From positions 21,778-85,777 of the forward strand of contig JBKQQP010000006.1 in the NCBI GenBank assembly GCA_052144335.1: DNA of 64,000 nt, written 5' to 3'. Source of the stretch: Syntrophales bacterium. Lineage in GTDB: Bacteria > Desulfobacterota > Syntrophia > Syntrophales > UBA2185. A program made the translations under genes and the position numbers. Shown piece after piece: positions 9,051-19,801 of this stretch (its first letter is position 1; each line of letters starts with the position of its first letter). The notes under the pieces are model-generated. The model did not search any database and was not told where the DNA came from. It worked only from the letters and a program-made list of their open reading frames with translations.

Positions 9051-10238
9051 CTAATTGCCGGCGTTCAGAACAAAGTGGTCCCGGCGATTCTTGGCCCAGG
9101 CCTCTTCCGTGTGCGCCGGGTCCAAAGGTCTTTCTTTTCCGTAGCTGATTGTTTTTATACGTGCCTCTTCAACACCCAGATTGACAAGGTACTTCTTTGC
9201 TTCTGCGGCTCTTCTTTGCCCGAGGGCCATGTTGTATTCAACTGTGCCGCGCTCGTCGCAGTTTCCTTCGATGAGGAGTGTGTAATTTTTGTTCTTCATA
9301 AGCCAATCGGCATGCTTGTCAAGTACTGCCCTGTCATTCGGCTTGATATTTGACTTGTCGAAGTCGAAGTGGATGTCTTCCAGCTCAACGGCTGCTGCCA
9401 CAGCGGCGGGCGCAGGGGCCACAGCGGCCTCGACAGTTGGTTCTGCCGCCCTCACAGCTTCTTTCTCCACTGGGGGAGGGGGAAGTTTGTAGAATACACG
9501 TTCCACGAAAGACGCCATTGCAGCCGGTGTTGCCAGTTCACTCGCACTTACGGCAAATCCACATTTGCCATCCTTGGCTATTTCCTGCGCCAGTTCTAGG
9601 CTATTAGGAGCATTTCCCACCCGAATCGTGTATATGCACAGCTTGTCGCCATACTGCTCTTTAACTTTAGCAATATTGGCCATAACGCTTGCGGGTCTGA
9701 TATCATCAACTCCTTCTATTTTGTCGAAATCGCTGATGATGATCATGGCCGAGCTGTCCGGAAGCGGCTTCAGGTCTTCGCCGGCCGCGGCGATCGTCCT
9801 TCCCATAGGCGTCCTCCCGATGCCTGATCGGTTCGCTGCCAATGACTTCAGATAAGCTTTCCTATCATTGAAGGGCGTCATACCATAAACGAGTGCCGTC
9901 TCTTCACCCCAGAAAATTCTGAGTCCCGAATTGAGCTTTATATCGGGAATGGTCATGATCATCCGTGTGAGAACATCTGTTGCCGCACTAATTCGCCGCT
10001 TCTCCGGACCCATATCAGACACGTCTAAATCATCAGGCGCGGATACAGTGGCAGCTTCTGGAGTAACCATGGATCCCGATTTATCAAAGAGCACGATAAA
10101 ATTATCCACTTTCTGCACGTATTTTCCGGATTGTAAGTCCTGGTTGACATCAACAGGCTTATACGCCTTCGGTGCACAACCGATGACCAATGAACAACAC
10201 ACCAACATTAATAAAAAACCGTAGCCAATTTTTCTCAT
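9051..10238 (-). CDS. Lipoprotein with vWA-like domain and C-terminal OmpA/Pal peptidoglycan-binding domain
   Basis: Lipobox LVIGC. MIDAS-like FDKSGSM. The C-terminal [10 protein letters not shown]...[26 protein letters not shown] is an OmpA_C/Pal signature. Confidence 0.8.
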   Translation of the reverse strand: [395 protein letters not shown]

Positions 10239-10555
10239 AACGACCTCCTCATTGAATTGATAGAATTGATAAATATTTATTCCTCAGTGTGCTGAGGCTA
10301 CCTTGCCAAACACCATTCCGCTTTTTCAAACATCACCCTATCTTTACTTCTCCGTTTGTTCTATCGTGCGAGTGGCCGCAGGGATATCCGAAGAAAGCCA
10401 GCTAAAACAAAGCTGTGAGCGGCAACAAGGGCTGCGTAGCCGCCGCCCTGCGACCGGCGCCAGCACAGCAATGAATGTAAACAATATATGGTACAGAATT
10501 TAATGATGTGCTTCATTTCTTTCCTCTATTAGTTTTATTAACCGTCAGATGTACT

Positions 10556-11119
10556 CTACTTTAAGCAGTCCCCACTGGAACCATCTTGGCATCTATTTCC
10601 ATCAGTCCACACAGCATCGGATAGGTTTGCACCTCTCAGATCTACACCCAACAGGTTTGCATTATTCAGATTTGCACCTGATAGATTTGCATTGGTAAGC
10701 TCTGCACCGGACAGGTCTGCGTGGGTAAGATTCGCGTTGGATAGGTTTGCGCCTGTCAGTATTGCATCACGAAATGTTACGAAGCTGAGGTCTGCACCGG
10801 ACAGGTTTGCACCGGATAGGTTTGCACCTCTCAGATCTATAGCCGACAGGTTTTCACCGGAAAAGTCATCATCGGACAGATCGCAGTTCCGGCACTGTCT
10901 TGTTTGCTGCAGTTTCTGAAGGTCCATGCCGCTGTCTGCAAATCCGGTTTGTCCTATGACTAATATACCAACTGCGAGGAATGAGATAATTGCGCCAGTC
11001 CGTCTGACGATTGAAGTGTTCTTCATTGTTCGTCTGAAGATACAATTTTCCCCTTTTTTCATCTGCAAGGTTGGAATTGCACTGAATATGGGATGTATGA
11101 GTTCTTTTTTTTCAGTCAT
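10556..11119 (-). CDS. Pentapeptide-repeat protein (secreted or membrane-anchored)
   Basis: Long run of A(N/D)L(S/T)GA pentapeptides ([14 protein letters not shown]...). A hydrophobic segment lies upstream. A GAGGAG site precedes the ATG. Confidence 0.85.
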   Translation of the reverse strand: MTEKKELIHPIFSAIPTLQMKKGENCIFRRTMKNTSIVRRTGAIISFLAVGILVIGQTGFADSGMDLQKLQQTRQCRNCDLSDDDFSGENLSAIDLRGANLSGANLSGADLSFVTFRDAILTGANLSNANLTHADLSGAELTNANLSGANLNNANLLGVDLRGANLSDAVWTDGNRCQDGSSGDCLK

Positions 11120-11171
11120 TTAATAACTCCTCATGCGTCCTCGGTTATGTTTTGTATTTGTAATAAACTGT

Positions 11172-12305
11172 TCACTGATCACTGTTTGAGACCGCTTCTG
11201 CCTCAGTGTCACCTGAAACCCATGCCTTAAGGAGAGTGTGGGCCACTGCGAGCACAACCGGGCCGATGAAAAGCCCGATGATGCCAAAGGCTATCATGCC
11301 GCCGATGACCCCGGCAAAAATCATAACCAGCGGCAGGTCAGCCCCTTTCTTTATAAGAACAGGACGGATAAAGCTATCGAGGGTCACCGTGAGGACCGAG
11401 AACACGAGGAGGATGCTTCCCCACAGTGCCCCGTCTTTAGAATAGACCCAGATCAGTGCGGGAACAAGCACCAGGGCCGGGCCTATCTGCGCCAGGCAGA
11501 GCATACACATCACCGCTGTCAGCAAGGCTACCGCCGGTACTCCGACAACAGCCAGACCGATACCGCCGATAGCTGCCTGCATAATCGCTGTAACAACAAC
11601 ACCCAGAACCACGCCACGGATCGCTTTTCCCGCGAGAAGCATAACAGCCACCCCATGCTCTCCTGTCAGTCTGCGGGCAAAATTAAGGATCCCTGTGGAT
11701 GTTGCCTCGCCCTTGGCATATAGTATGGCTGCAATAATCACCGTCAAAAAAAACTGGAGAATCACCATCCCGACACTGCCCGCCTGGGCCAGAAACCAGC
11801 TTAAGATCTGGCTGGCATAGGGAGCCACGTACGTTAAAAGTTCTTCCGGGCCCTTTTGTGCAAACTGTCTCCAGAGACCGGCAAGCCGCGGACCGGCTAA
11901 AGGAATGCCTCCCAGCCACTCAGGTGGTGGCGGCACGGCGAAGGTTGACAGAGACTTCACCCAAATATAGGCATCATCCGCCCCATTTATGATGGCTACA
12001 ATGGCAAACAAAATGGGTACGACAACAACCAGCAGAAGCGCAGCCGTCATGATTGCCACTGCAAGCCCGCGTTTATTCTTCACCCGTGCCTGAAGGGCAA
12101 GCAGAACCGGCCACGTTGTCACAACGATCATGCCTGCCCAGATAAGCGAGGTGACGAAAGGACTGATAATCCACGCAACAGCGCTGATAAGTATGCCGAT
12201 CGAAAGAACCTGAAGGGTCGTGCGGGTTACATCGTGAGACGCTTGAACCGCTCCCTCAGTGGCGACTTTTGCGGCATTATCTGGATTTACGTCGTTACTG
12301 CACAT
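11172..12305 (-). CDS. AI-2E family (PerM/YdiK-like) transporter
   Basis: 377-aa polytopic protein with AI-2E-like C-terminal blocks (PVLIKKGADLPLVMIFAGVIGGMIAFGIIGLFIGPVVLAV). Confidence 0.85.
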   Translation of the reverse strand: MCSNDVNPDNAAKVATEGAVQASHDVTRTTLQVLSIGILISAVAWIISPFVTSLIWAGMIVVTTWPVLLALQARVKNKRGLAVAIMTAALLLVVVVPILFAIVAIINGADDAYIWVKSLSTFAVPPPPEWLGGIPLAGPRLAGLWRQFAQKGPEELLTYVAPYASQILSWFLAQAGSVGMVILQFFLTVIIAAILYAKGEATSTGILNFARRLTGEHGVAVMLLAGKAIRGVVLGVVVTAIMQAAIGGIGLAVVGVPAVALLTAVMCMLCLAQIGPALVLVPALIWVYSKDGALWGSILLVFSVLTVTLDSFIRPVLIKKGADLPLVMIFAGVIGGMIAFGIIGLFIGPVVLAVAHTLLKAWVSGDTEAEAVSNSDQ

Positions 12306-12523
12306 CGGGTCTCTCCTTTGTCAAGGACAACCACGCCGATTTCCTCATTGTACTTGAACTTGGACTGCGAGCTGAGCGCGCAATCACTCCTTGGACTTGG
12401 GTTCCCTCTTAATACCCTTGACGCCATCCATGAACGCCACAATCTTCTCGGACCAGAACTTGAAGGCTTCTTCGGCGGACTGTGCCCATTGGCGCATCAG
12501 ATTGCTTGTCTATCAGGACCTCT

Positions 12524-13342
12524 TCAGGACAATCTCCCACCCGGCTGATGTTGATACGCTCCCCATGGATCAATCTCCTGTAGCTCCACGGATACAGCCC
12601 GGCGAGACTTATCCCCTCCGGCATCGCCATACACGGCATGCGAGACACTGACAAAGGTCTTGTCTTCCTGGACTTCCGGCAGAGCATGCGGATCGACCTG
12701 GAAGAACACCTTTATCTGCCTCAAGGCATTATCGATCTCGCTGTCGACCTGATCGAAGGGGGTGATCATGATACGTGCAGAAAGATCAAACAGCAACGTC
12801 CTAAACTTCAACCGATCTTGCAGGACATGCCATATCCTCGCAATCTCGGTTATATCGGCGATGGCAGATCGGCATCAAGTGAATTTACCTTCTTGGTCTA
12901 CAACCGCTATGGTATCAATCAGAGCGTCGAAAGAACTGCCATCCCTCTTGACGAGCCTAAGTTTGCAGGCCTGTTTGTTTTTAGTTTCTATGGCTTTCCG
13001 AATATGGGATTGGAAGATGCTTAAATGCCCGGGTACTATGAAACGCTGGAAAGGATGCTTGGCAAGAGATCGCTTCTCCTTGCTGAGTAGAGAAGCACCG
13101 GTAATATTCGCCTCGATTATATGTCTCTTTTTATCGAAGGTGAAATACCCGATAGGGGCAAAGTCATAAAGATCCCCATACTTGTACTGTGATCCCACAG
13201 TCTCCATCTGAGACTTTTGCAACGCCTCATTCTGCATCTTCAGCTCTATCTGGTGAACATTTAACTCGTGAACGAGTTTCTGGTTTTCCGCGCGCTTACG
13301 GAGATCATAAGTCTTTTTTGACATGGGTACTTTTTTTGTCAT
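12524..13342 (-). pseudogene. Fragmented PAS-domain sensor gene (no kinase or output domain left)
   Basis: ORF 12875-13342 encodes a coiled-coil plus PAS block (YDFAPIGYFTFDKKRHIIEANITGASLL...). The next sensor-domain start (LLFDLSARIM..EIDNALRQIKVFFQVD) lies in a different frame (12524-12811). No HisKA/HATPase or other output follows. Confidence 0.5.
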
Positions 13343-13528
13343 GTTTGCACATTTATTTTACTGAGGCCATCAGGGATTGAAAACTACCCATAAACTTATA
13401 ATAACAGATTCCCGCCGCTCAATGTCTTTCACAGCTTTTACCTTCTAATTTGTGGAATTCTCTTTAAATTTGACAAATTATAGAGGAAAGTATTCTTTTA
13501 TGTCAATGCTATTTATATCATGTGTTAA

Positions 13529-13577
13529 TGCAATATGATTATGTCACCCCCTAACTGCAATGAGATTATGTTACCCC
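13529..13577 (+). repeat. Tandem 22-bp direct repeats upstream of the transposase fragment (possible IS end)
   Basis: TGCAATATGATTATGTCACCCC (13529-13550) and TGCAATGAGATTATGTTACCCC (13556-13577), followed by a TACCCC..GGGGTA hairpin. Confidence 0.5.
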
Positions 13578-13622
13578 TCTGTGAAATTGGGGTAGAAGAG
13601 AAGCATCGAAGGGAGGTGCTTC

Positions 13623-13946
13623 ATGAGAGGAGAGATGACATTCACGATGAGAGAGGTCACTCGTTATAGGATCGTACAACGTATGTTAGAGGGAAAGATA
13701 GTGAATAGAGAGGCGGCATCAGCCTTGGGTTTGTCCATCAGGCAGGCGAAACGGCTTAAGAGAAAGGTGGAGCATCTTGGTCCTGCAGGTGTTCGTCATG
13801 GCAACAAGGGACGTGTGCCTGCACATGCGTATTCCCCCAAAGAGAGGAGTGGGATTATCGCTGTGGCGGAAGAGCGCTATTTTGACTTCAACTTCTCCCA
13901 TTTATCAGAGATGCTGGAAGAAGCCCCAAAAAACTGGAAAAGCTGA
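13623..13946 (+). pseudogene. Transposase N-terminal HTH fragment (ISNCY-like), DDE domain missing
   Basis: REVTRYRIVQRMLEGKIVNREAASALGLSIRQAKRLKRKVEHLGPAGVRHGNKGR..., then EERYFDFNFSHLSEMLEE, is the usual N-terminal HTH part of these transposases. The ORF stops after 107 aa and no catalytic domain follows. Confidence 0.55.
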
Positions 13947-14025
13947 AAATGCCGAAACTCGTCCGGAATGTTGCATGTGTGTTTTGCAGTCCTTCGTCTA
14001 TTTGATAATGAATGCGATTAAGATG

Positions 14026-14350
14026 ACAAGCTTCCCTTCGTGGCAGAGCACATCCTTGGGAAAAAATCATTTTAAAAAGGGATTTCCTGTTTGTCAGTCA
14101 GAAAAGGCCATGGACAAGCCAAGCCATACAGCAGATGGTCAAAAAATATCTCAAGAAGCTCAATCTCTCTCAGACAGGAAAACCGGTACATGCCCCTCGT
14201 CATTCTTACGCAGTTGAACTGTATGCCAAAGCCAAAGATTTAAGAGTGGTTCAAAAACAGCTGAGGGACATCTCTATACAGTCTACTTTTGTTTACGCGG
14301 ATGCGACCGACCAAACGATCAGCGACCAGATTAAAGATCTCTGGAATTGA
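14026..14350 (+). pseudogene. Tyrosine recombinase C-terminal fragment
   Basis: The frame reads ...DFLFVSQKRPWTSQAIQQMVKKYLKKLNL..PVHAPRHSYAVELYAKAKDLRVVQKQLRDISIQSTFVYAD. The HxxR box and catalytic Tyr region are present, LGH is degraded to LRD, and the N-terminal two thirds are absent. Confidence 0.6.
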
Positions 14351-14937
14351 GTTGAAATGGGGTAAAAGTCAGGTAAAATTAAAACGACATAAAGTAAAAA
14401 GCGTGAATTGGGGACGTATGAAGAAATTGGTTCAATTAATTATCGCTAAAAAAAGAGCTTATTTTGGCCTTTTTATCAGGGCGGGATGGCTCTGAGGCAT
14501 AGTTCATCTATTTTTTGCACTTAAAAAGAGATTTTTGATCCAATGGTTTGGTACTACAAAACCAACACTAGCTTCCTGCAGTGTTGTTTTAATGATCTGA
14601 CGACTGAATGCAACTTTTCAATGGAAATCTTTGATTTGTTCTTTACATAATTCTCAGTCGTTATAAGAGAAGAAAAGCCCAAAGCGATCAAGTTGGCAAA
14701 ATCGGCTCCGGGCTTCTCTGGTAATAACTTCTCTCCAGATGGATGAAGCGTATGCTGTCGGTAGATTGAAGGAAATCGGTAAACTGCTCTGCTGACCTCT
14801 TTCTCTCAGAAAGATTAGTAATTGTAATGCCACACGATCGATATGTCGTGTCCTCTGGTGGTTCGGTATTGATCAGATCGGCGTCCTTCGTTGCTTGATC
14901 CTTCTACGTCGGTGTTGGACCGGTGTAGATTTCCACT

Positions 14938-15585
14938 CTAATTCCCCTCTTTTGTCTTTGCTCCACCTTTCTTCGCAGAACCCTTTGCCTTTGGCATTAA
15001 TGATTCCCAGAATGCGAAATATGCCTTTGTTTGTTCCGTCGCAAACGAAACCCACGCCTCCAGCAATCCCTGGGAAGACGAGAGGCAGGCTTTCCAGACT
15101 TTCTCCGGCTCAATCCCCTTTTCTCCGACTGTTTTATGAGCCTCGGAGGTCTTCTCGAGATAGCCGAGCCAGGCATCCAACAATTTCATGTAGCCTTTCT
15201 GCCAGCCCCGCGAGAATTTAATAAATTCTTCAATTCCCTCCTGAGGCGGAATTACCCCGGCGGGCATCTCTTTCAACATTTGCTGCCACGCATCCAAGGC
15301 ATCTGCGTATGGAGGTTTACCCATGAAGGGGGACATCCCAGGCAGCTTAAGTGATTTGGCGAACATCTCCGACATTTCCTTTTGGACAGCTGCCATCGAA
15401 TCCGACCATGCCTTAAAGAAATCTTCTGGTTTGCCCTTTGCGGCGCTCCCCACGTAATCCATCCAAGCCTTCGTCATTTTGTTATACATATCGGCACCTC
15501 CAAACATGAATTCGAAACTGTCCTTTGGCAAATTGGAAACGAAATCCCAGTAAGGTCCTTTTTCACTCTCTTTACTGAAAGTCAT
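14938..15585 (-). CDS. Hypothetical helical protein, possibly PHA-granule associated (context only)
   Basis: AAGGAGG site. 215 aa, W/K/E-rich and helical, with a Lys-rich tail. It lies immediately downstream of the phaE-phaC-MaoC block. Confidence 0.4.
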   Translation of the reverse strand: MTFSKESEKGPYWDFVSNLPKDSFEFMFGGADMYNKMTKAWMDYVGSAAKGKPEDFFKAWSDSMAAVQKEMSEMFAKSLKLPGMSPFMGKPPYADALDAWQQMLKEMPAGVIPPQEGIEEFIKFSRGWQKGYMKLLDAWLGYLEKTSEAHKTVGEKGIEPEKVWKACLSSSQGLLEAWVSFATEQTKAYFAFWESLMPKAKGSAKKGGAKTKEGN

Positions 15586-15631
15586 AACGACACCTCCTTT
15601 TTTAGGTCAACGTTTGTTAACTTTCTCCTTG

Positions 15632-16078
15632 TTATTTCTTCAAGTATGATGACATCACGAGTCGCGCCTCTCCGGATATGACAGCAACACCCTCCTGGTT
15701 TTTGACCTCCGTTGAGAGCGTTACACGTCCTTTAACCGGATCCCATTCAGTAACCTTGGCAATTGCTGTTACCTGATCACCCGGCCTGACGGGAGCAAGG
15801 AACCGTAACTGCTGGCTTAAGTAAATTGCCCCCGGCCCGGGAAGCCTCGTCCCGCAGACGGCGGATATCAAACCCGCCACGAGCATCCCATGGGTTATTC
15901 GGCCTTTAAACATGGTACCCTTCGCGTAGTCGTCATTCAGATGCACAGGATTGTCATCACCCGATATGCGAGCAAATGTCTTGATATCGTCATCGCTTAT
16001 TATTCTGGTCAGTGTTGCTTCCTCTCCAATGGTAAAACTTGTACGCTCCTTTATCATTTCTACAGGTACCCCCCACAT
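15632..16078 (-). CDS. MaoC-like (R)-specific enoyl-CoA hydratase (PhaJ-like)
   Basis: Hot-dog fold signature SGDDNPVHLNDDYAKGTMFKGRITHGML. Adjacent to phaC. Confidence 0.85.
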   Translation of the reverse strand: MWGVPVEMIKERTSFTIGEEATLTRIISDDDIKTFARISGDDNPVHLNDDYAKGTMFKGRITHGMLVAGLISAVCGTRLPGPGAIYLSQQLRFLAPVRPGDQVTAIAKVTEWDPVKGRVTLSTEVKNQEGVAVISGEARLVMSSYLKK

Positions 16079-16144
16079 CCAATTATCAATTTTTCACATT
16101 AACCTCGAATGCCCATGTTAACTTTATTCCCGGCTGTTGCCGGA

Positions 16145-17248
16145 TTACCTGGACGCCGATTTCTTCTGGTTGCGTCTCTTGAGAGGTTTCTTTGACCTTT
16201 CAATTAGCCAACGAGCTACAGTGGGTGCCATTTCCTTTTGCGCTCTGGAACTCACGTACATGCCTATGTGACCAACAGGATAGGGAAGTGTCGTTACGTC
16301 CTTGGAGCCGACCAGTTCTGAAAGGGGCCTGGAGCACTTTGGTGAAACAAGGTGATCTTGCTCGCCGAACATGTTGAGTACAGGCATAGTAATCTTCTTG
16401 AGGTCAACCCTTTTCCCACCCAGTTCAAACTCACCTTTGCAGAGTCTGTTTTCCTGGAACAACTCTTTCACCCATTTGCGGAATGTTTCACCGGCCTGGT
16501 CTGGAGAATCAAATATCCATTTCTCCATGCGCAGAAAGTTACGTGTAGCAACGGGATCATCGATTCGATCTAGAAGCCCTATGTATTTATCAATGATGAG
16601 CTGGAACGGTTTAAGCCAAAGGAAACCAAGGTTCAGAACTTCTCCGGGAATATTTCCCAGCACATCAACCATGAGATCTACGTCCATAAATGGCGCCCAA
16701 ACATTGAGCAAGGCATCGCCACTCGCAAAATCGACGGGAGCAACCATAGTCACAAGGTTCTTCACCTTGTCCGGGAAAATGGCCGAATAGATAATTGAGA
16801 GAGTACCTCCCTGGCATATGCCAAGGACGTTTATCTTATCGCTGCCTGTCTTTTCTCTTACAAACTCCACTACATTATCCATGTAACCCAGTATGTAATC
16901 TTCCATGGTGAGATATTTATCAATTTTGGTGGGATATCCCCAATCGATGACGTAAAGGTCAAGTCCGTGATCGAGGAGCTTGCGGAACAGGGAGAGGTCG
17001 TCCTGTATGTCCATCATATACTGACGGTTCACAAGGGCATATACAACGACAAGTGGCACCGGACAGACTCCCTTTGAACCCGGATCGTAATGGAAGAGTT
17101 GAATTTTATCTTCCTGGTATACCAGTTCTTTGGGCGTCACACCCGCTTCCACGTCTTTGATATTAATTAAATTCTCAAGACCCTTCAAGAGCTTTTGCTG
17201 GACTTTGGCCGTTTCCTTGATCATGATTTCCATTACATTTTCACTCAT
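16145..17248 (-). CDS. phaC: Class III poly(R)-hydroxyalkanoate synthase, PhaC subunit
   Basis: ~40-kDa alpha/beta-hydrolase with the lipase-like box GICQGG (catalytic Cys). The size and the adjacent PhaE partner are typical of class III synthases. Confidence 0.85.
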   Translation of the reverse strand: MSENVMEIMIKETAKVQQKLLKGLENLINIKDVEAGVTPKELVYQEDKIQLFHYDPGSKGVCPVPLVVVYALVNRQYMMDIQDDLSLFRKLLDHGLDLYVIDWGYPTKIDKYLTMEDYILGYMDNVVEFVREKTGSDKINVLGICQGGTLSIIYSAIFPDKVKNLVTMVAPVDFASGDALLNVWAPFMDVDLMVDVLGNIPGEVLNLGFLWLKPFQLIIDKYIGLLDRIDDPVATRNFLRMEKWIFDSPDQAGETFRKWVKELFQENRLCKGEFELGGKRVDLKKITMPVLNMFGEQDHLVSPKCSRPLSELVGSKDVTTLPYPVGHIGMYVSSRAQKEMAPTVARWLIERSKKPLKRRNQKKSASR

Positions 17249-17307
17249 ACTGCCAACCTCCTTTCTATATCAAATCTCCGCAATCTCTATCGTGAAGGAT
17301 TGTGCTC

Positions 17308-18420
17308 TTATTTTATGAATCCCAAGTGCTTCTCCACATTATTCATCGCACGCTTCTGAGTGCGAACTTCCTTCTTCAAATCATAGAGGCTTCGATAAAT
17401 CTCATCCATATCTTTTTTGCTGGGCAAGCTAGTAAACTTCAGGATATGTTCAAAGACATCATCAATCCACTTTCTGAACAGGAGTCCCCTACGATTGACG
17501 TCAAGGGTTAGTTTGCTAAATTCTTCGGAGCGGAAGAGTTCCTGATAAACTTCTTCGTTGACGTTCCACCAGATGCGATAAAACTCCCGGAAGGTCTCAG
17601 GTGTAACTTCTTTACCTACAAATTCCGTAAATTTATCGTATACCCTTTCTGCGGCTTTCATGCCTGTGGCATAGAAAAGCGAGTAGAAAGCTGCCTTGGA
17701 TGTGTTGAACTGAATGTATGCATATACCATGTGATTCAAGCGTTCATTGAATTCCTTGAAATAACCGACAGAAGGTGCAAGCAGGGCCTTTCCAATAGTT
17801 TCTTCATAATTCCTTACAAAGATGCCCCCCAGATCCGCAATGGCTCCCCTATCGCCTTTCGCCACTTTTCCCAACACATCCGGTAATTGAGCCATGTTGT
17901 TAAACGATGGCTCAATGAAACTCCACGCAAGATCCGAAGCTGCCACGGAAGCAGAAGATAAGGCCTTCGCTGTATCCCTAAGCTCAACAGATGGCACTCC
18001 GCCCCAGAGAGACTCCATCATCGATTGATACTGCCCAATCCATTGTTGTCGTATCTCCCTGATCTTCTCGACGGTCAATGGTTCTCCAAACGAAACATCT
18101 TTGAAAGAACCAAGCGTTTTGCTCCAGAAATCCAGAAGGTCAAGGTAGACCCGGGAAGCGCTGAAAACTCGGTTGAAAACAGTAACACCAAGGCCGTCTT
18201 GCTCTTTTTCCGCAAAGACCTTCTGGAATGAATCAAACCAATCTTGATAGAGTTTCCAGGGGGCTGCGCTTTCTTCCCCGGCAGATGCGCCCATCTTTGC
18301 CATTCCCATCGTGGATTCCATAGATTTCTCCACGAATGTCATCCACTCCTTCCAAAAGGTCTCTTGGAGCTTCATCCATTGCGACATGATGTCATTCCAG
18401 TTCTTTTGAGTTCCGTCCAT
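17308..18420 (-). CDS. phaE: Class III PHA synthase PhaE subunit
   Basis: Located directly upstream of phaC. W-rich N-terminus (WMKLQETFWKEWM). C-terminal LPSKKDMDEIYRSLYDLKKEV box as in PhaE proteins. The start is set at the ATG with a GGAGGG site (18420), although the ORF extends to 18483. Confidence 0.7.
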   Translation of the reverse strand: MDGTQKNWNDIMSQWMKLQETFWKEWMTFVEKSMESTMGMAKMGASAGEESAAPWKLYQDWFDSFQKVFAEKEQDGLGVTVFNRVFSASRVYLDLLDFWSKTLGSFKDVSFGEPLTVEKIREIRQQWIGQYQSMMESLWGGVPSVELRDTAKALSSASVAASDLAWSFIEPSFNNMAQLPDVLGKVAKGDRGAIADLGGIFVRNYEETIGKALLAPSVGYFKEFNERLNHMVYAYIQFNTSKAAFYSLFYATGMKAAERVYDKFTEFVGKEVTPETFREFYRIWWNVNEEVYQELFRSEEFSKLTLDVNRRGLLFRKWIDDVFEHILKFTSLPSKKDMDEIYRSLYDLKKEVRTQKRAMNNVEKHLGFIK

Positions 18421-18520
18421 GTTTCTTTCCCTCCTCTTCATCAGTTTCCTCCCAGTGCCTCTTGAAATCCTCAAGCCATTCACGGTGCACAGCAGTTTTT
18501 CTCTTGGCCACCTCTACCCA

Positions 18521-18880
18521 TTAATTCATCGCCGACGGTATTTGCCGAACTCCAGACAAGCCCCGAACTAGCATCTCCAGGGATTGCCTTAACTGATCAC
18601 TTTCCTCCTCCAAGGCCCCAACCTTTCTCTGTAAAACCTCAAGGTCGGATTTGGGCACAGCTCCCAGAAAGGAAATCCATTCCCTATAGAACTCATCCAT
18701 CTTATCCGATGAATAGGGAGGAGAAGAAACCGTTGGCAAATATTCGCCGAATTTCGCCCATGCAGATTTGTCCACCCCTATCACTGTTGCAAACATATCT
18801 AATGCCTCGATGTTGGAACCATATAGGCATAATGTCTCTCCCATCCATTTCAAGAAACGAGGATCCATACACGACTCCAT
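18521..18880 (-). CDS. Hypothetical small protein of the PHA locus
   Basis: 119 aa. The C-terminal VPKSDLEVLQRKVGALEEE coiled segment resembles the PhaE C-terminal box. Function is inferred from context only. Confidence 0.4.
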   Translation of the reverse strand: MESCMDPRFLKWMGETLCLYGSNIEALDMFATVIGVDKSAWAKFGEYLPTVSSPPYSSDKMDEFYREWISFLGAVPKSDLEVLQRKVGALEEESDQLRQSLEMLVRGLSGVRQIPSAMN

Positions 18881-18907
18881 GATGACAGAAACTGCTTTCT
18901 GCTGATA

Positions 18908-19073
18908 TCAGATGTCTCTTTTCCGCAACGAGGCCATTGCCGGCCCGCCTCCTACACGTAAGGACGCGCCGCCAAGCGCCAGCCCCAGTCTCTCCATTTC
19001 GTAGTACATTGTAACGATAATGCGGAGACCCGTGCTGCCCACAGGGTGTCCGAGATCAATACCCTAACTATTA
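18908..19073 (-). pseudogene. Acetyl-CoA acetyltransferase (thiolase) C-terminal remnant
   Basis: The minus strand reads GIDLGHPVGSTGLRIIVTMYYEMERLGLALGGASLRVGGGPAMASLRKRDI*. This is the thiolase C-terminal signature (GHP.G.SG.R...., C.GGG with Cys replaced by Arg). An in-frame TAG lies immediately upstream and no N-terminal 330 aa are present. Confidence 0.7.
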
Positions 19074-19801
19074 TGGTTAACTTTCTCCAGATCCTGCCCG
19101 ATGTTCACCATAAAGGACACATAAAGTCCTTTCATCTTCTGGATGATCTCCACCTTTGCATTGATATTGTGGGGAATGAACAGAAAGAGGTAAATAGAAA
19201 CAAATAACAATGAGTGGAAACACCGGAATTCTCTTCTCATGGCTCCTTCCTTAATGCCTCAAGAAATGGGTTTCTCACTAGCTGCACAAGATCGCGAACT
19301 AAATGAATCCTATGAAAAAGGCGGTACTTCCGAGTGAAATGAGAACTTTAATATAAGATCAACAAGGTTGAGTTAATGCCTCCTGAGCCATTAATGCTTT
19401 ATGGGATCTACTACCCCATTTTACTTCTTATAATACATAGAAAAATGACGACGTCAATGATTTTATGTAATTATGTGTGATATATGTCAGGCACTTTGGT
19501 CAAAAAAGTATGGTTGTGAATATGGCTAGCCGTAGTTCCCAAGTTAGTTCATGTATAATCTCGATGAGTCTTAATTATTAGCAGTCGAAATCTTCAGCAT
19601 TCGGGTAATTCTTGCGTTTGAAGACAACAGGAAGAGAGTCATTTTTACTCTGGAAATACCGTAGTGGCTAGGATTGAACACAATTGAACATACCCAGATA
19701 AAACTGAAGAGCAATTTCATCACAACTGATAATAGAAATTGGGAGATGCAATATATGGAAGATAAATTTGGTAATATCGATCAATCTTATTTTATAAAAA
19801 G

